Positions 1 to 13,400 of a stretch of DNA of 64,000 nt are shown piece by piece. Positions within the stretch are counted from its first letter, which is position 1. Every line of letters starts with the position of its first letter. The stretch comes from Octopus sinensis. Taxonomy: Eukaryota. The stretch spans positions 188,480,001-188,544,000 of the forward strand of contig NC_042997.1 of NCBI RefSeq assembly GCF_006345805.1. The letters are read 5' to 3'. The notes beneath the pieces are model-generated. The model was not told where the DNA came from, did no database searches, and saw only the letters and a program-made list of their open reading frames with translations. The translations under genes were made by a program, and so were the position numbers.

Positions 1-210
1 TATTTTACTGAACTGCTAAGTTACGTGGATGTAAACAAACCAACATCGATTGCCAACCGTTAGTGGGGGGTGTCAAACACAACAGTTTTTGTTTAGCAAA
101 TCCACTCACAAGGCTTTGGTCAGCCTGGAGCTATAGTAGAAGACAACTGATCAGGGTGCTGTACAGTGGGATTGAACCCTGGTTGTGAAGTAAGCTTCAT
201 AACCACATAA
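1..210 (-). mobile_element. Partial, decayed SINE (family C: tRNA-like head, CORE-like box, internal microsatellite)
   Basis: Reverse complement matches the copies at 33234 and 37556 (ccactcacaaggctttggtc...ctatagtagaagac). Confidence 0.8.
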
Positions 211-355
211 TATGTTTAATCAAGAATTTATGAATAAAGTATTTCTTTGCGTGATTTTTAATAATGAAAGACAATCTGTAAGTTTCAATAAGCTCAAATG
301 TTTTCTCTTAAGCAAAATCTTGGAATAGTGAAACAGGTTTATATTAACTGATATC

Positions 356-570
356 AGTTTCAAATTTCAGCACATGGCCAGCAATTTCGGGGGACAGGCT
401 AAGTCAATTACATCAACCTCAGTGCTCAACTGGTTATTACTCTATCGACCCCAAAAGAATGAAAGGTAACGTTGACCTTTGGAGGAATTGGAACTCAGAA
501 CGTAAGGAAGGGCAGATGAAATGCTGCTAAGCATTTTGTCCAGCATGCCAACAATTCTGCCATCTCATCA
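356..570 (-). mobile_element. SINE family B, tail B (gccttgtgccaaaatttgaaac)
   Basis: Contains the shared core cagtgctcaactggt...atcgacccc.aaaggatgaaaggc...gaactcagaa found many times in the window. Confidence 0.8.
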
Positions 571-944
571 TTTTATGTAGTGTGACTGACATTTAAAAAG
601 AATTAAATTCAAAATTTAAAAAAAAAAAATTTTTGTTGTTCCTCTTTAACTAAAATATAGCTATAAAAAAAATTGTCAGATTTGGGTAGGCAAAGCAGTG
701 TCGCACTCTTCTGTTTGCATATAATGAATCAACAAGCTAGGAGTGGTGGAACAAAGGTTAAAAACTGGCTCTGTCACAACATGAGTCAAATATCAGGTGT
801 CTATAAGAATGTTTTTTTCATTTTCTGTTTTGTTTAGCAGCAAAACTGCAACTACCAAAAAAAAAAATAATAAAAAACAGATGGAATTTATAAAGTATAA
901 AGTGCCCCTTACCCCACAAAATATTAACCTTGATTTTATAGATT

Positions 945-1156
945 CGATTTTAGCAGCAAGCTAGCAGAAAAGTTGGCACAATGGACAAATTGCTTAGTTG
1001 TATTTCATTCATCTTTACATTGAGTTCAACTTTGCCTTTCATCCTTTCGGAGATTGATGAAGTAAGTACCAGTTGAACATTGGAGTCAATGTAATTGACT
1101 AAGTCCCCTCCCATAAGATTTCAGGTAGCCTTGTTGTGTCTATAGTAGAAAGGATT
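945..1156 (+). mobile_element. SINE family B, tail C (ccttg..gtctatagtagaaaggat)
   Basis: Same core (ctttgcctttcatcctttcgg...aagtaccagttg) with the alternative tail. Confidence 0.75.
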
Positions 1157-1920
1157 TGATGTGCTGTTTCAGACAGAATTTTTAGTTAGACAAAAAGACA
1201 AAACAACTTAATTGACACAAAATGGTATTCCAACAAGTCATGGACATGAATATATAACTAAGAAAATTTTAAATAAAAGAATAAAAGAACAAAGCAAGAG
1301 TCCTCCATGTTAGTCCTTGACTAACCAGCATTCTTAATCTGATAATAGAAAAATATCTCAAGCAGCAAATGGATATTTAATCATAGATCCAGTGGGGAAA
1401 AATAGTTTTAAACTACTTAATGTGTCAAAAAGTATCTCTTATAAGTGTAAACAGTACCTCACATATATAAAGAAATTTAATATCAATTTGTTCATTTAAC
1501 ATGCTTATTAAAGTGCTCTATTAAAAAATACAATGAAAGAAATTAATGAATTTTTAACAACTTATCAATTAATTTTGCCTTTTGTTTTGTTTTACGTTTC
1601 CTTTGAAATATTTGTTAATGAGATTAAAACCAAATCATTTAAAAGTTCAAAGAATAAAAAAATATGTTAGATGTTTTGAACAATAAATTTAAACTGTGAA
1701 ACATAATATTATCAAAACAGTTCAAATTTACAAGAATTTGTATTTCTGTATACAACAAAACATTGTTTTTGGCTTGTTTTATTTATTTATTTTATAGCTA
1801 TTTGATCCTTGGCAGTGCAGTGAACCATTTACAAGATGCAAGGCCACGTCTGATTTCTACAAAATTATGAAAGTGCTTTACAGAAGTAGAACTGGTGGAA
1901 TTTATAACATTAATATAGAC

Positions 1921-2428
1921 CAGGAGTCAGCGAAATTGGGGTATATTACCCCAAGTGAGGTAAAAATTAAATTCTTGAGGGTAATGAGGGCTCATTAGAC
2001 ATAAGTAAAATTACGTTACAACAGAAATTTTTCTTCTGGTATTGCTACCCTTGCAAACAAGGATTTTCTACACTAACGAACATAAAAAAAAAAGCAGAGT
2101 AATTGATTGTACCCCAAAGACTGTATCCAAATTGCTCTGGCATCAAAATGTCCCAATTTTGATATAATTGTAACCAAAATGGAAAGAACACCTGAAGTGG
2201 AAAAGTTGGTAGAAAAATCCTATTGTTTCATAATGAGGATATTAATTTATTTTTATCACATTTGTTTTATACTCTATATATTTATGATTGTATTCTCCAT
2301 ATAAATAGATTCAATAAACCTTTCGAATTCTAAGAATCTCTTATTTTCTTCCTTTTAAATCAAGGAGGTAATATCAGTGTAAATAAATATATTTTGTGGT
2401 AATTGGTTAAAAAGTTCCCCAATCCCTG
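1921..2428 (+). mobile_element. Non-autonomous hAT (Charlie/Buster-like) element with a transposase C-terminal remnant
   Basis: Imperfect CAGG...CCTG termini; perfect 8-bp TSD ATATAGAC (1913-1920 and 2429-2436) of nnnTAnnn type; internal translation CKQGFSTLTNIK...DCIQIALASKCPNFDIIV resembles the hAT dimerisation domain. Confidence 0.85.
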
Positions 2429-3817
2429 ATATAGACTGTAAGTGTACATATATTTTTTTTACTTCTTAGTTATTAGACTGTAGCAATGAGGGGGCAATTC
2501 CATGAGAGAAAAAAAAGAAGCTTGTCCAAAATTCCATGCAATGGGACCAAACTCAGGCCTTTTATATTATATGATTAATTCAGTTTTTACCAAATAATTT
2601 ATCTAACTTGTTAATGTTTTTCATGACAAAGTCTGCTTTAAACCACCACAGAAGTATTAGCCATAATCATAATGAAATTGAAAACAAGTCAAGTGTTCTC
2701 AATCTTAATCCTTAATGAAGTTTTCTCATAAAGCATGCTTAACTCGCAGCACCTTTTACCAGGAAGTTTTCACTGGATTCCAATTACCCCTTAATTATTA
2801 TTACTACTACTTAGTCCCTCACCTCTCAAAAACAAGTTCTTAAAATGTGATTCAGAGAATTTATTAACACACATACTATATCTTTCAATTTATGCAAATG
2901 TGGTTATGTTTATGTATATACACAAACATATATAGACATGGGTGGGTGTTTGTGTGTATATGTGTGTGTGTGTCTGTAAGATTATAGAGCAAGCATAAAT
3001 GAATAGGCATATACAGATAAATAGATAGGAAACAGGCTAACAGAATTTGTGAGGTAAAATATTTTGATGGTAGATAAACTAATATGTCTATCACCAGCCA
3101 TTATCACTACATTTTATTTTCTTAGCTTAAACTTTAAGCATTCAATACAGCTATTTCAGTTTCTCATAACTCTATTTAATAGCAATGTTGGCCACAAGCC
3201 TAATCATAAGCATCTGAAATAATTTTAAAATTCAACAGAAAAATATATTTTCTCATGATAAATCTTTTTTTTTTTTTTTTACCTTTTCAAATAACACATA
3301 TGCTGTTTTTAGACTATAATAATTAATTAATAAGAAAGTTTTATTGAATGCTTGAAGATTCAATGGATAAAATAAGTAAACCAACAATAATAACTGATTT
3401 CAAATTTTGGCACCAGGCCAGTAATTTGAGGGGAGGGGCAAGTCGGTTTTATTAATGCCAGTGCTCAACTGGTACTTATTTTGTCGATCCCGAAAAGATG
3501 AAAAGCAAAGATGACCTTGGCGGAATTTAAACTCAGAATGTAAAGGGACAAGCAATAATAATAATAATAATTATCATTATTATTATTAGTTAATATAAAT
3601 ACATGACCACAATATAAATATATATAAATACATGACCACAAAGGAAGTGTATAATCAATCAAGCACACCACAGAAGTTGACTGGTAAATTATTTTAATGA
3701 TGCTGGAGAGATGAAAGGCGAAGTTAACTTTGGTAGGATTTGAACAAAGAACATCGACTAAATATAACAAGGTATTTTGTTCAAAGCCCAACTGATTCTG
3801 CTACTTATCCCCTTTAT

Positions 3818-3991
3818 CCCTTTGGCATTCAAACTGGCCATATCCAGCCTCTCACACCTACCTTGTAATATCATTCTAAAAATAAATAATTACATCATTG
3901 AAATCTCAAAGCTACAAGACAATACATGATTAACTCAAAACAATGTGAATAAATAAGCATTACATTTGACAGTATTCTGAATGCTAAAGGG
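3818..3991 (+). mobile_element. piggyBac-like MITE
   Basis: Inverted ends ccctttggcattcaaa / tctgaatgctaaaggg; degenerate TTAA-like flanks; related copies near 43600-43790 and at 55613. Confidence 0.65.
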
Positions 3992-4819
3992 CTTATGCCT
4001 ATTTTAGCACAGTTCAGAATGTAAAGTTACATGACTTTATACTGTAATGCATTTTAAGTACAATTTCTACTGCTTCTGACACTACTATTTGGGGTAAAGA
4101 TAATTATTTCAAATTTTAGCACAAGGCCAGCAATTTTAAGGGGAAAGCTAAGTCAATTATATCAACCCCAGTGCTCCATTGGTACTTATTTTATTGACCC
4201 CAAAAGGATGAAAGGCAAAGCCAAACTCAGTGAAATTTGAATCCACTCGTGGTAAAAAAAGAAAATAATTTCCTAGATGCATAAAAAAAAAAATCTGTGT
4301 AGATTTGGGAATAAATATAGCCATTTCAAAAAATCCTGTTTACTATTATGTGGATGCAATTCCAGCCTTCATTAAACATAAAGAAAACCTCCCATGGTGA
4401 CCCCATTAAACATAATATCATAACATAAAAACTCTTCAAAACAATCAATTTAGGCACAGTAGTAAGGTTGTGTGGTAAGGAGTTTACTTCCCAACCACAT
4501 GGTTCTGGGTTCAGTCCCATGCTTAGCACCTTCAGTAAGTGTCTAAGTGTTTACCATAAGGCCTTGTGAGTGTATCTGGTGGACAGAAACTGAAAAAGGA
4601 CAGTCATGTGTCTGCTGGTTTGTTTACATCTCCATAACTTAGTGTTTCCATCAGGCTTAGAAAATGTAAATAAGTACTGGGTCGGTTTGTTAGACTAAAA
4701 TGATTCAAGGTAGTGCCCTTGCATAGCCAAAACCACATCATAAAAACCAAAATTTTACCATATTGGGAACCCTGCTCACATATATGGGTCAACGTAGCTG
4801 CTATAAACACACAGGTGAC

Positions 4820-5103
4820 CTAGACAACATCCAAAAGATCATTTAAACTGATTGGCAATGATTCAGTTACCAATACTCTTTAATCACTTTGTTCGGATCC
4901 CTCCCCCTGTGCTCTCTATCACTACTACATAGCTTCTGCTCTCCCAAATTATCCACTTTGGCTCACTAATCTCTCTATCTTTGTCCTCATCCACACATTT
5001 CTGTAGGCACTGACCAACAGATGTTAAAAAAACTGAACCTCAACCGTACCGATCTTACCAGTTTGAGAAAGCTTGCAAAGATCATGAAGACTACTCCACC
5101 CTT
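4820..5103 (+). mobile_element. Decayed 3' end of a LINE ORF2 (I/Jockey-like C-terminal zinc-knuckle region), followed by (TA)n
   Basis: Disrupted translation ...LPLCSL...TLAH*.LYLCPHPHISVGTDQQMLKKLNLNRTDLTSLRKLAKIMK; a related segment lies at 9851-9885 on the minus strand. Confidence 0.45.
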
Positions 5104-6256
5104 ATATATATATATATATATATAAGTTAAACTTAGAATAATAATGTACTGGTTTCTTTACTATCCTTGTCAAATCTACTAACCTAAAAATAAGTTTCTA
5201 TCAGCACTAACATGACCACAACCCATAGTTATCCAAAACATGAAACAGATCCATTTTCATTATTATTGTTAGGTGTATATCATTTGATTTTGGTTCTAGC
5301 AATGCCAACTTTATGTGGAGAATCATGTATTAATATAACCAGTTCATGCAAAGTGATCTTCACCAGTAGAGACACCAACTGAATGCATGTAGCAAGTAAA
5401 AAAAAAACAAAACAGAGAACTAAGTAGAAACTGTAAAACAAGCAGTAGTAAAAAGAGACAGGCAAGGAAAAGAAGATAACGAGAAAGGGGGTATAATGGA
5501 AAACTGATCTTGATTATGGAAGAACATAACATAGAGATGAATTGAAAAGTTAGAGATCAATAAAAAGGAGCTAGTATGCATGTATGTGTGTGTGTGTCTA
5601 TATAACATAAAATTACAAAGCTAAAGAGAGAGTAATGCAAGTCAAAAACAGTCTTGGTGTTCAGTGTGTGTTGTGACCTTGCAAACAATAAAAAATGCTA
5701 GGCATGGATGAATACCTGTAAAGCCTGCCCGGGCCATGTATAAATGTACTGAGAGATTTATAAGATTGTTAATACATTCAGTGGGGCAGTTTTAAGATCT
5801 ACAGAAATGCTGATTTCCATTCTCAGTCCAACTTTCTTTTAGTTATCCCGCCATTAAAAAACACTATTACAGTATTCTTTGTACTCATTCTGTCTGTTTC
5901 CCATTGTAGTTGAAATTGCTACAGTCCAACATGAAGAAAGAATCTGCTGGGATCCCAGAAATGGATAAAGAGAACATTGCTGTAGATAGGCAATGCATCA
6001 AGGGAATGCAGGTGCATAGAATAAACAAACTTTCAATTGATGCAGCCTGAGCCTAGGAGCTTTGGATTTATACATGTTTTAACTTTGATTCAGGCAAATT
6101 AATCAATGCACTTTGATAACGGAATGGATAGCATTTTAGGTGTACTGCACAAAAATCATGGACCATGATAGACGCATAAGGGATATGTGATGTCTGGCAG
6201 TGAAAGCAAATACCTTCAAACAGCAAATATATGGGCAATGTAAACTTAAAGTTTAA

Positions 6257-6448
6257 TATCATCATCATCATCATCATCATTGTTTAACGTCTGCTTTCCA
6301 TGCTAGCATGGGTTGGACGGTTCGACTGGGGTCTGGGACGCCAGGAGGCTGCACCAGGCCCAGTCTGATCTGGCAGTGTTTCTACAGCTGGATGCCCTTC
6401 CTAACGCCAACCACTCCATGAGTGTAGTGGGTGCTTTTTACATGCCAC
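6257..6448 (-). mobile_element. RTE-type 3' tail / RTE-tailed SINE ending in (GAT)n
   Basis: ccatgctagcatggaaagc.gacgttaaac + (GAT)n on the minus strand; near-identical to copies at 38361, 40135, 43095 and 43796. Confidence 0.8.
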
Positions 6449-9337
6449 TCTTTCTCTCTCTCATACACACTTTGCTTTTACCCTGTTTTCCCATACTGAA
6501 GCACATCAGTGATACATTGCAAAATAATTTTTACCATGATGTCATAATAAAAAGCATTTATATTCTGCTATAAATACTCGATAAATATAAACAAAATAGT
6601 GTGTGGTCATTAGAACTGTTTGGAAACAGCAGGAAGGTATTTTGCCACTGGTCAATCTAAACTGTCATAAGAAACTGGACTTGCTTGTTTCTTACAACAT
6701 TTGGCTAATCCTTAGATGAATTTTCCAAACAGTTGCTCATCTAAGTAGTGGCCGTACATGACAACTTCACTTCAGTAACCATGCTTCCAGACATAATTGG
6801 TTACAATAAACGATAGCTGCTTCTACACACAGAACAAGTGCAAAGAATGTCATGCAAAGTCAACTGAAAGAATATACGTTCCTTTAAAAACAATATTTAT
6901 AATTGCTTATGTGTCTATGTATACATATCTATGTGTGAGAGAGAGAGAGGCGGGGAGAATTTGTTTTTTATTTTTTTATTTTTTGTCAGTCTTACTGTAA
7001 TGGGAAGTCCAGTAAAAGTAACAGTTAAGACTTCTAGTTACCACTAATACTACCCCACCTCTAAGCATAGCATAGCATACTTTTAGACATGATATACATA
7101 CTCTCCTTAGAGTTTTCTCAAAGTAACTTGTCCTAGATTTACACCCATCCACTCACCTCCAAAACATCCCAAATTCTGGGTATTAGAATTTTATCTGGGT
7201 GATGGAAGAGGAGGGAAAAAAGGGAAGGGGAAATGGAGATGGTGGTGTGTATGTGAGGTAGGGGAGCTAAACACAAACTTGGTGCCTATAAAGATGATGG
7301 TGGATGCTTGAGAAAGGAAAGGAAAATGAGGGAAACTGGGGAAAATTAATGAGTCGATAGCTTCTTGGAAAGATATGATACAAAGTTTAAGGAACAAAGA
7401 AGCATATTTTAGTTCTCAAGGAAATAAGAAGGCACTGACAGATAGAAACAAGGGAGAAGTAATCTGAAGAAGCTACTAGATACACTGATGCAGATTTACC
7501 AGAATGGACACTGGTGGAAAGGTGTATTGAAAGCATCAAGGAAGAAATATATAAGAAGCTGTGTCTATGAAAGGGAGCTGTTAAATTTTGAGATAGGTAG
7601 GATACTAGAACTAAGACTGAGTGAGCCATCATCATCAGTGATATCAGAGAAGGGCTGTGTTTATTTTCCTAAAACCTTAGAATGTAGGTAAACTCCCTGC
7701 CAAGCTGCATCTGTGACCTGGTTTCAATTTTCAGTTGGCAGTATTTCACTTCACTGGTTGATATTTCAATTTTAGAGAAAGACTTACAATCACAACTTCA
7801 CAATTCCCTGCCCCTAATCTTTAAATAAGGTCATTTATTGATTTCTTAAAAATGTTATTTGTAGGGAAGCAGTTCAGTCATCTGACCCAATTGCAGTATA
7901 TAAGCAATATTTATTCAACTGACCACCAGAGGTGTCAAGTACAAAGCTGATACCAGTGGGATGTGATCTCAGATTTACCTTGTAATTTCATACAGCAGTC
8001 TACTGTTACGGTTATTCCATTACTTAAATAAACTATACAATTAGACAAGCACAAAATCCAGTTTTAAGAACATAAAAAAATGGGACAAGGGATATCAGTT
8101 CAGTGGTTAACAATTAATATTTTATATTTATTGGTAACCAATTAAATAAAATTAAAGTACCACAAAAAAAGCTGCCTGATCACTGGACAAAGTCTTGTCA
8201 AAAATATACTCTTTGGCTCCTAAATTCATAAACTGTCAGTCCCTCTTTAATTACATGCTAATCACTACAACAGAGCAATAGTAGAATGTTGCTCACATCA
8301 ATTCATGATCAACTACAGTTAAGAGTAGCCAAAGAGTATTGTGTGGGCATCCAAATCAAGTATCTGATGGTGTATGTTGGTCTACACAAGAAATTAACAG
8401 TGTTACAAGACATCAAATACAGAGTACAGAATATCATCTATCTAACACCATGTTTATCAGTGTCAAAGCTAACAACTGTGTTCATATAAAAGGGCTCACA
8501 GAAAAGTGTTATTCTCAAACTATGGAAAAGATTGAATCCCACTTTGTAGATAAGTATTTGAAAGATCTAGAAATAAAAATCAGAATTTTAGATCTTCATT
8601 TTACAAACTTAATTGGATCTCTGAGTTATATCATGGAAACATTAGTATAAAATAAAAGTTAAGTTGCACAAGTCAACACTAATTATTTAATTATTAACAA
8701 TTTCTCTTAAACATGTCTATAAAAGAGAAAAGGCCATTTATATCTATGTCTATGAGTGCAAAGGTTGTATAGTTAAAGAGCTAGATTACTGAGAACACCT
8801 TGACACATGATCAAATTTTACTATAACCATGTGTTGTGCTTCTATGCAAGATCCCAAACATCAGTTGGTCTAGTTTACTTGAATGAAAAACAAGCGTTTC
8901 AACAACTGAATAGTTTGTAGTAAGAAAGGTGCCCAGCTGTAAAAACAATTGCGGTAGCAAATAAACCTTTCTACTCATGCAGATCTAAAGATTTTCATCT
9001 TTACTATGTCAAATCTATGCAATGAAGATGTAATAACTGATTGTATGTGAGCAAATATAACTTACAACACCTCAATTTTATGATGCATTTGCCACCCATA
9101 TCAAATATCAGTTTCATGATCAATTTTCCTATAAAGCTACAAGCTTAACTTTTTCTCAAAGTATGCTAATAGAGCTAAGGCACTAATAACAAGAACAGTT
9201 ACTTAAATAACTATTTGACAAATTGTAATATGGTTTCAATGTTTTTAAATCTAGTTTGAAAATTTTTTATTACATAGCAATAAGAAAAACGTCCTATGTC
9301 TACAAGGGACATATATACCTACACACACACAAATATT

Positions 9338-9339
<2 letters not shown>

Positions 9340-9369
<30 letters not shown>

Positions 9370-9490
9370 CATACATATATATACATATATACACATACAC
9401 ATATATATATATACACACATACATACATTTACATATATATACATCTATATACACACACATATACACATATGTATACACACACACACACAT
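9340..9490. repeat. Compound (TA)n/(CA)n microsatellite
   Basis: Directly visible; source of the spurious ORFs at 9251-9499. Confidence 0.95.
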
Positions 9491-10155
9491 TCTGAATGAT
9501 ACATAATATAATGTTTCTGCTTAGTGCTTATAATGATAGAAGCAAAGATCTCATGTCAAATAGCCAATCCTTACATATAAAGTATTGCAAGTCGAAAAAT
9601 GTTAAGGTTTCCAATAAAGTGCTTGAGTACTCTATAGTTGCGTTGTTAGAATGGTCAGTGTAAATTTGGCTACTTCAATGATGTTAGAACAGGTGCTTTC
9701 ACACAGGAAAAACTTAAGTGGAACCTGTCTGCAGTTAAGCTAACTAAAGAAAGTCACATAATTTGCTTACAAGAACATGAGAGAATGATCGCAAAGAACG
9801 TCTCGTTATTTCCTACATCAAGGATAAGTGCAAATGAACTCTGCAGACCACTCAAACTGGTCAGGTCAGTGCGGTCAATGTTCAGTTAGAACGTACGTAG
9901 ATCGATATATGTAAAGAAAACAAACATAAGCAGAAAGTTCCAGGTCTAGATGAAATATTTAGAATACTAATTAGTGCATGAGACATTGCATTGAAATAAC
10001 AGATTGTAATTTAACCCTGATTAAACACATCTTTCGTCAAACTAATCCCTCCAAACAATACAATCATGTATGCATCATTATTCAAAATGTTGTTCAGTTC
10101 CCAAACAGTAGAAAGTGCATTAATTTGTTTCGATGATGGTGATATACAAATGAAG

Positions 10156-10420
10156 GCATATGGTTTAGTGGTTAGAGTATTTGGCTCACGATCGTGAGGC
10201 TGTGAATTCATTTCTAAGAGGTGTGTTCTGTCCTTGAGCAAGACACTTTATTTCATGTAGGGCCAGCTTTGTCATATTATGTGTCATGCTGAATCTCTGA
10301 GAACTATGTTAAGGGTACACATGTGTGGGCATGCTCAGCCACTTGCATGTTTATTTCATGAGTAGGTTATTCTGTTGATTGAATCAACTGGGACCCTCAT
10401 TGTAACTGACAGAGCACCAG
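10156..10420 (+). mobile_element. SINE family D (tRNA-like head), decayed
   Basis: catatggtttagtggttagag head, ccttgagcaagacactttatttca box; an antisense copy lies at 10750-10995. Confidence 0.7.
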
Positions 10421-10430
10421 TAGGGTGCTC

Positions 10431-10564
10431 TGTCATTGAGGGTGAGACACTAAAATACATGACTACATGCTTAAAGTCTTACCAAACTACAACTGTTTCT
10501 GCTGGATCTTGAAGGACCATATATATATATATATTTTCTTGTGATAGGGAGTACAATTTGAACT
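10431..10564 (+). repeat. Left arm of a ~130-bp inverted duplication (right arm 11363-11490)
   Basis: 6 mismatches in the first 90 bp against the reverse complement of 11490-11401; the match continues through a (TA)n to ...aatttgaact. Confidence 0.95.
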
Positions 10565-10749
10565 TGCTAGTTCAGAAGAACAGAAACCCTTAGAGTAGCA
10601 ACAGGGTGAGCAATGTTTTGATGTCTGAATGGTTTTAGAATGTTGTTATGTGAAAGACTGCCAATCAGTTCAATGTTGGGTGTATCTTTTTAATGCACTG
10701 TGGGTTTGTAATTGTACTTTATGAAGTTTATAAGGTTAGTATATATAGG

Positions 10750-10995
10750 AGCATTCCGTTGGCTATGACGACAAGGGTCCCAGGTGATACAATCAACAGA
10801 ACAGCTTGCTCATGAAATTAATGTGCAAGTGGTTGAACAATCCATAGACATGTGTGCCCCTAACGTAAGTTCTCAGGGAGAATCAGCGTGACACAGAGTG
10901 TGACAAGGCTGGCCCTTTGAAATACAGGTACAACTTACTTTTACCAGCTGAGTGGACTGGAGCAAAGTGAAATAAAGTAACTTGCTCAAGGACAT
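10750..10995 (-). mobile_element. SINE family D, antisense copy
   Basis: Reverse complement aligns to 10230-10420. Confidence 0.7.
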
Positions 10996-11362
10996 AAGGT
11001 TAGCAACTGTTCAATGAAGCAATAAAAGGCTATGTTGAAGTTAGACTAACTACAGCAAGACAGGTAATATAAATATAATTGTTCCAGTTCATATAGCTGT
11101 ATTTTAATGCTATAATCTCCGTACTAGGCTTAATTCAATACAAAAGTGTTTATTTTAATGGTTAAAGATTTTGTAGAGATGTTAGAACATTGGATAGAGC
11201 ACCTTATGGTATTTATTCTGGCCCTGTGTGTTCTAGAGTTCAAATCCTGCTGAGGGTAACTTTGCCCTTCATCGTTCAGGGTCACTAAATAAAGAACCAG
11301 TTCAAAGCAGCAAATAGATATCTGCTATGTTATAGGTATCTGTATTTATTACATGTGTTCTG

Positions 11363-11490
11363 AGTTCAAATTCTACTCCCTATTACAAGAAAATATATAC
11401 ATGATCCTCCAAGATCCACCAGAAATGGTTGTAGTTTGGTAAGACTTTAAGCATGCAGTCATGTATTTTAGTGTCTCACCCTCAATGACA
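11363..11490 (-). repeat. Right arm of the inverted duplication
   Basis: Reverse complement of 10431-10564. Confidence 0.95.
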
Positions 11491-13149
11491 ACATACCAGT
11501 TGGCAGGAAAGAATGCAGAGGGACTATCTTCTCTTCAGGTTTCATTATTTTACATCACAACTGATGGACAATTTCGTTGATGAGTATAGGTCTCCACTGT
11601 GTCTTTGATAGCAAAAGTAACAATGGAGCTTCTGCAACTTGATGCAGAATAAGTGTTACAAGACACTTCTATCAAAAGGCATTGTTTTTTGTTGTTGTCA
11701 ATCTTCATATTGATGTTTACATCCTAAAGTGTAAGTGACACAAACAAATGATGGGCTTCTGCACAGTTTCCAACTGCAAAATTCTAAAAACAAGATATTA
11801 GTCAAGGTGCTATATGGTGTGTGATCAAACTTGGAATCACGTTATAAAATGAACTTCTAAATTAAATTGCCATATATGCAAGCAAGTACTATTTATTATT
11901 ATACATTATTATAATGTTTTTCTTTATTTATGTTTAAACATGTGAAGGTACATGGCTGTGCACTGTGTTCTTGAGTAAAGCACTTCATTTCAAGTTGCTC
12001 CAGTCAACTCAACTGTAAATGGTTACCCTTGTGATTGACTGTAATGTTTGCCTAATGTAGCCAGTGGCATCATTTGAATGTTATAACAATGCAAAGCGCA
12101 ATGCGATAATCTGGTTGATACTGTTATATCGTGATGTTTGGACACAGATATTTCAACATATAAAATATAAGTACAAACAAACAGTCGTCACTCTTTACAT
12201 ATTCTAAATGATCTCTTGTGAGTGGACAAAGGGTTCCTCACTTCTTGTGCAGAGAAGAATTATAATCAATAGAATCAACCTCAAAATCTTACTGGTACTC
12301 ATTTTAAAAAAAACACGAAAAAGTAATAAACTAAGTTAACTATAATGAAATTATGAGACACTGCGTGCATATATACACACATGCACTATAAAGCATCATA
12401 TTCTGCTCTTATCATATAGACAAATGATTGCTTGCTTCTAGAATCAAAATAATAACCAGATGGGTATTACAAATTGCTCTGAATGTAAATATATTATTTA
12501 GTTTGATAATTTGATGGGAAATACTATAACTAGCACTTTGTACATAGCATAATGTGCAATAGGGGTATCTCATGAGATTCAGCATACAACATTAATTAGA
12601 ATATATATCAGAATCTTTTTTGCTTTGTAATTCTTACATATGGCAGGAAATAAAGTATATAATAAATTAAGGAAGTGTCATAAATAGGATTAAATATATT
12701 AATATCAGTCTCTTAATTAGTAAAATTTGTCTATATGACACCTTGTTTCCATTCTGATATGCTAATGTCAGGCAGGTGTTAGTAAAAGTATTACAAATTT
12801 CCTTCATTATAAACAGAGGCGTGCCTTTTATATTCAACAAAACAGTGTCAGATATGTCTCTGTTCAAACTCAACACAGAAAACGTTGTTTCCTAACATTC
12901 CTCTCTCTAAAGCAACAAATGATGTCAAGTGGAGACAGTGAAGAGTTCCTGGAGCAGTTGTTCAACTTGCTAAAATAGATTTTGACTGTTTTTGATGCAG
13001 GAGCTATGTTTTAAGTCATAACCACAAGGAAAAAACACAAATGAGATGACCCATAACTAAAAAGCTGCATGAAATAAGGTTTGCTACAATTAACTCAATA
13101 AGCTGACCTTTAGGATGAAAACTAATTAGATAGCTTTTGTAAACATTCA

Positions 13150-13400
13150 TCAGATGAACTATTTATTCTTGATAACCAGAGAGCATATGAATCCTTGAAT
13201 CACAGTGGATTAAGTACAACACAACAAGCTGAGAGTTTGGCATTTTTTGATGTACCTAAAACAGTTGACTCTCACATGGCCCCATCCAACTTGACTGAAA
13301 ATAGGTATTATAAGAAGTAACAACTTGTCATTCTAATCAGGAGTACCACTGCAGAGTGGACTAGTAGTTTATAAACCTGAATTTTAAGGTGAATTCCTTC
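13150..13400 (+). mobile_element. Possible highly decayed LINE reverse-transcriptase fragment
   Basis: AFFDVPKTVDS resembles the RT motif FxDxSKAFDSV, with SGVP downstream; spacing is imperfect. Confidence 0.2.

Noticed and set aside
5909-6012. Plus-strand exon-like stretch (LKLLQSNMKKESAGIPEMDKENIAVDRQCIKGMQ)
   Set aside because: Weak donor (gtgcat), no recognisable homology, and local base skew favours the minus strand.
9251-9499. ORFs rich in H/T/Y/I or C/V/Y (also at 22972, 23870, 35728, 46751, 50000, 61722)
   Set aside because: They are translations of (CA)n/(TA)n/(TG)n microsatellites, which lack stops in some frames.
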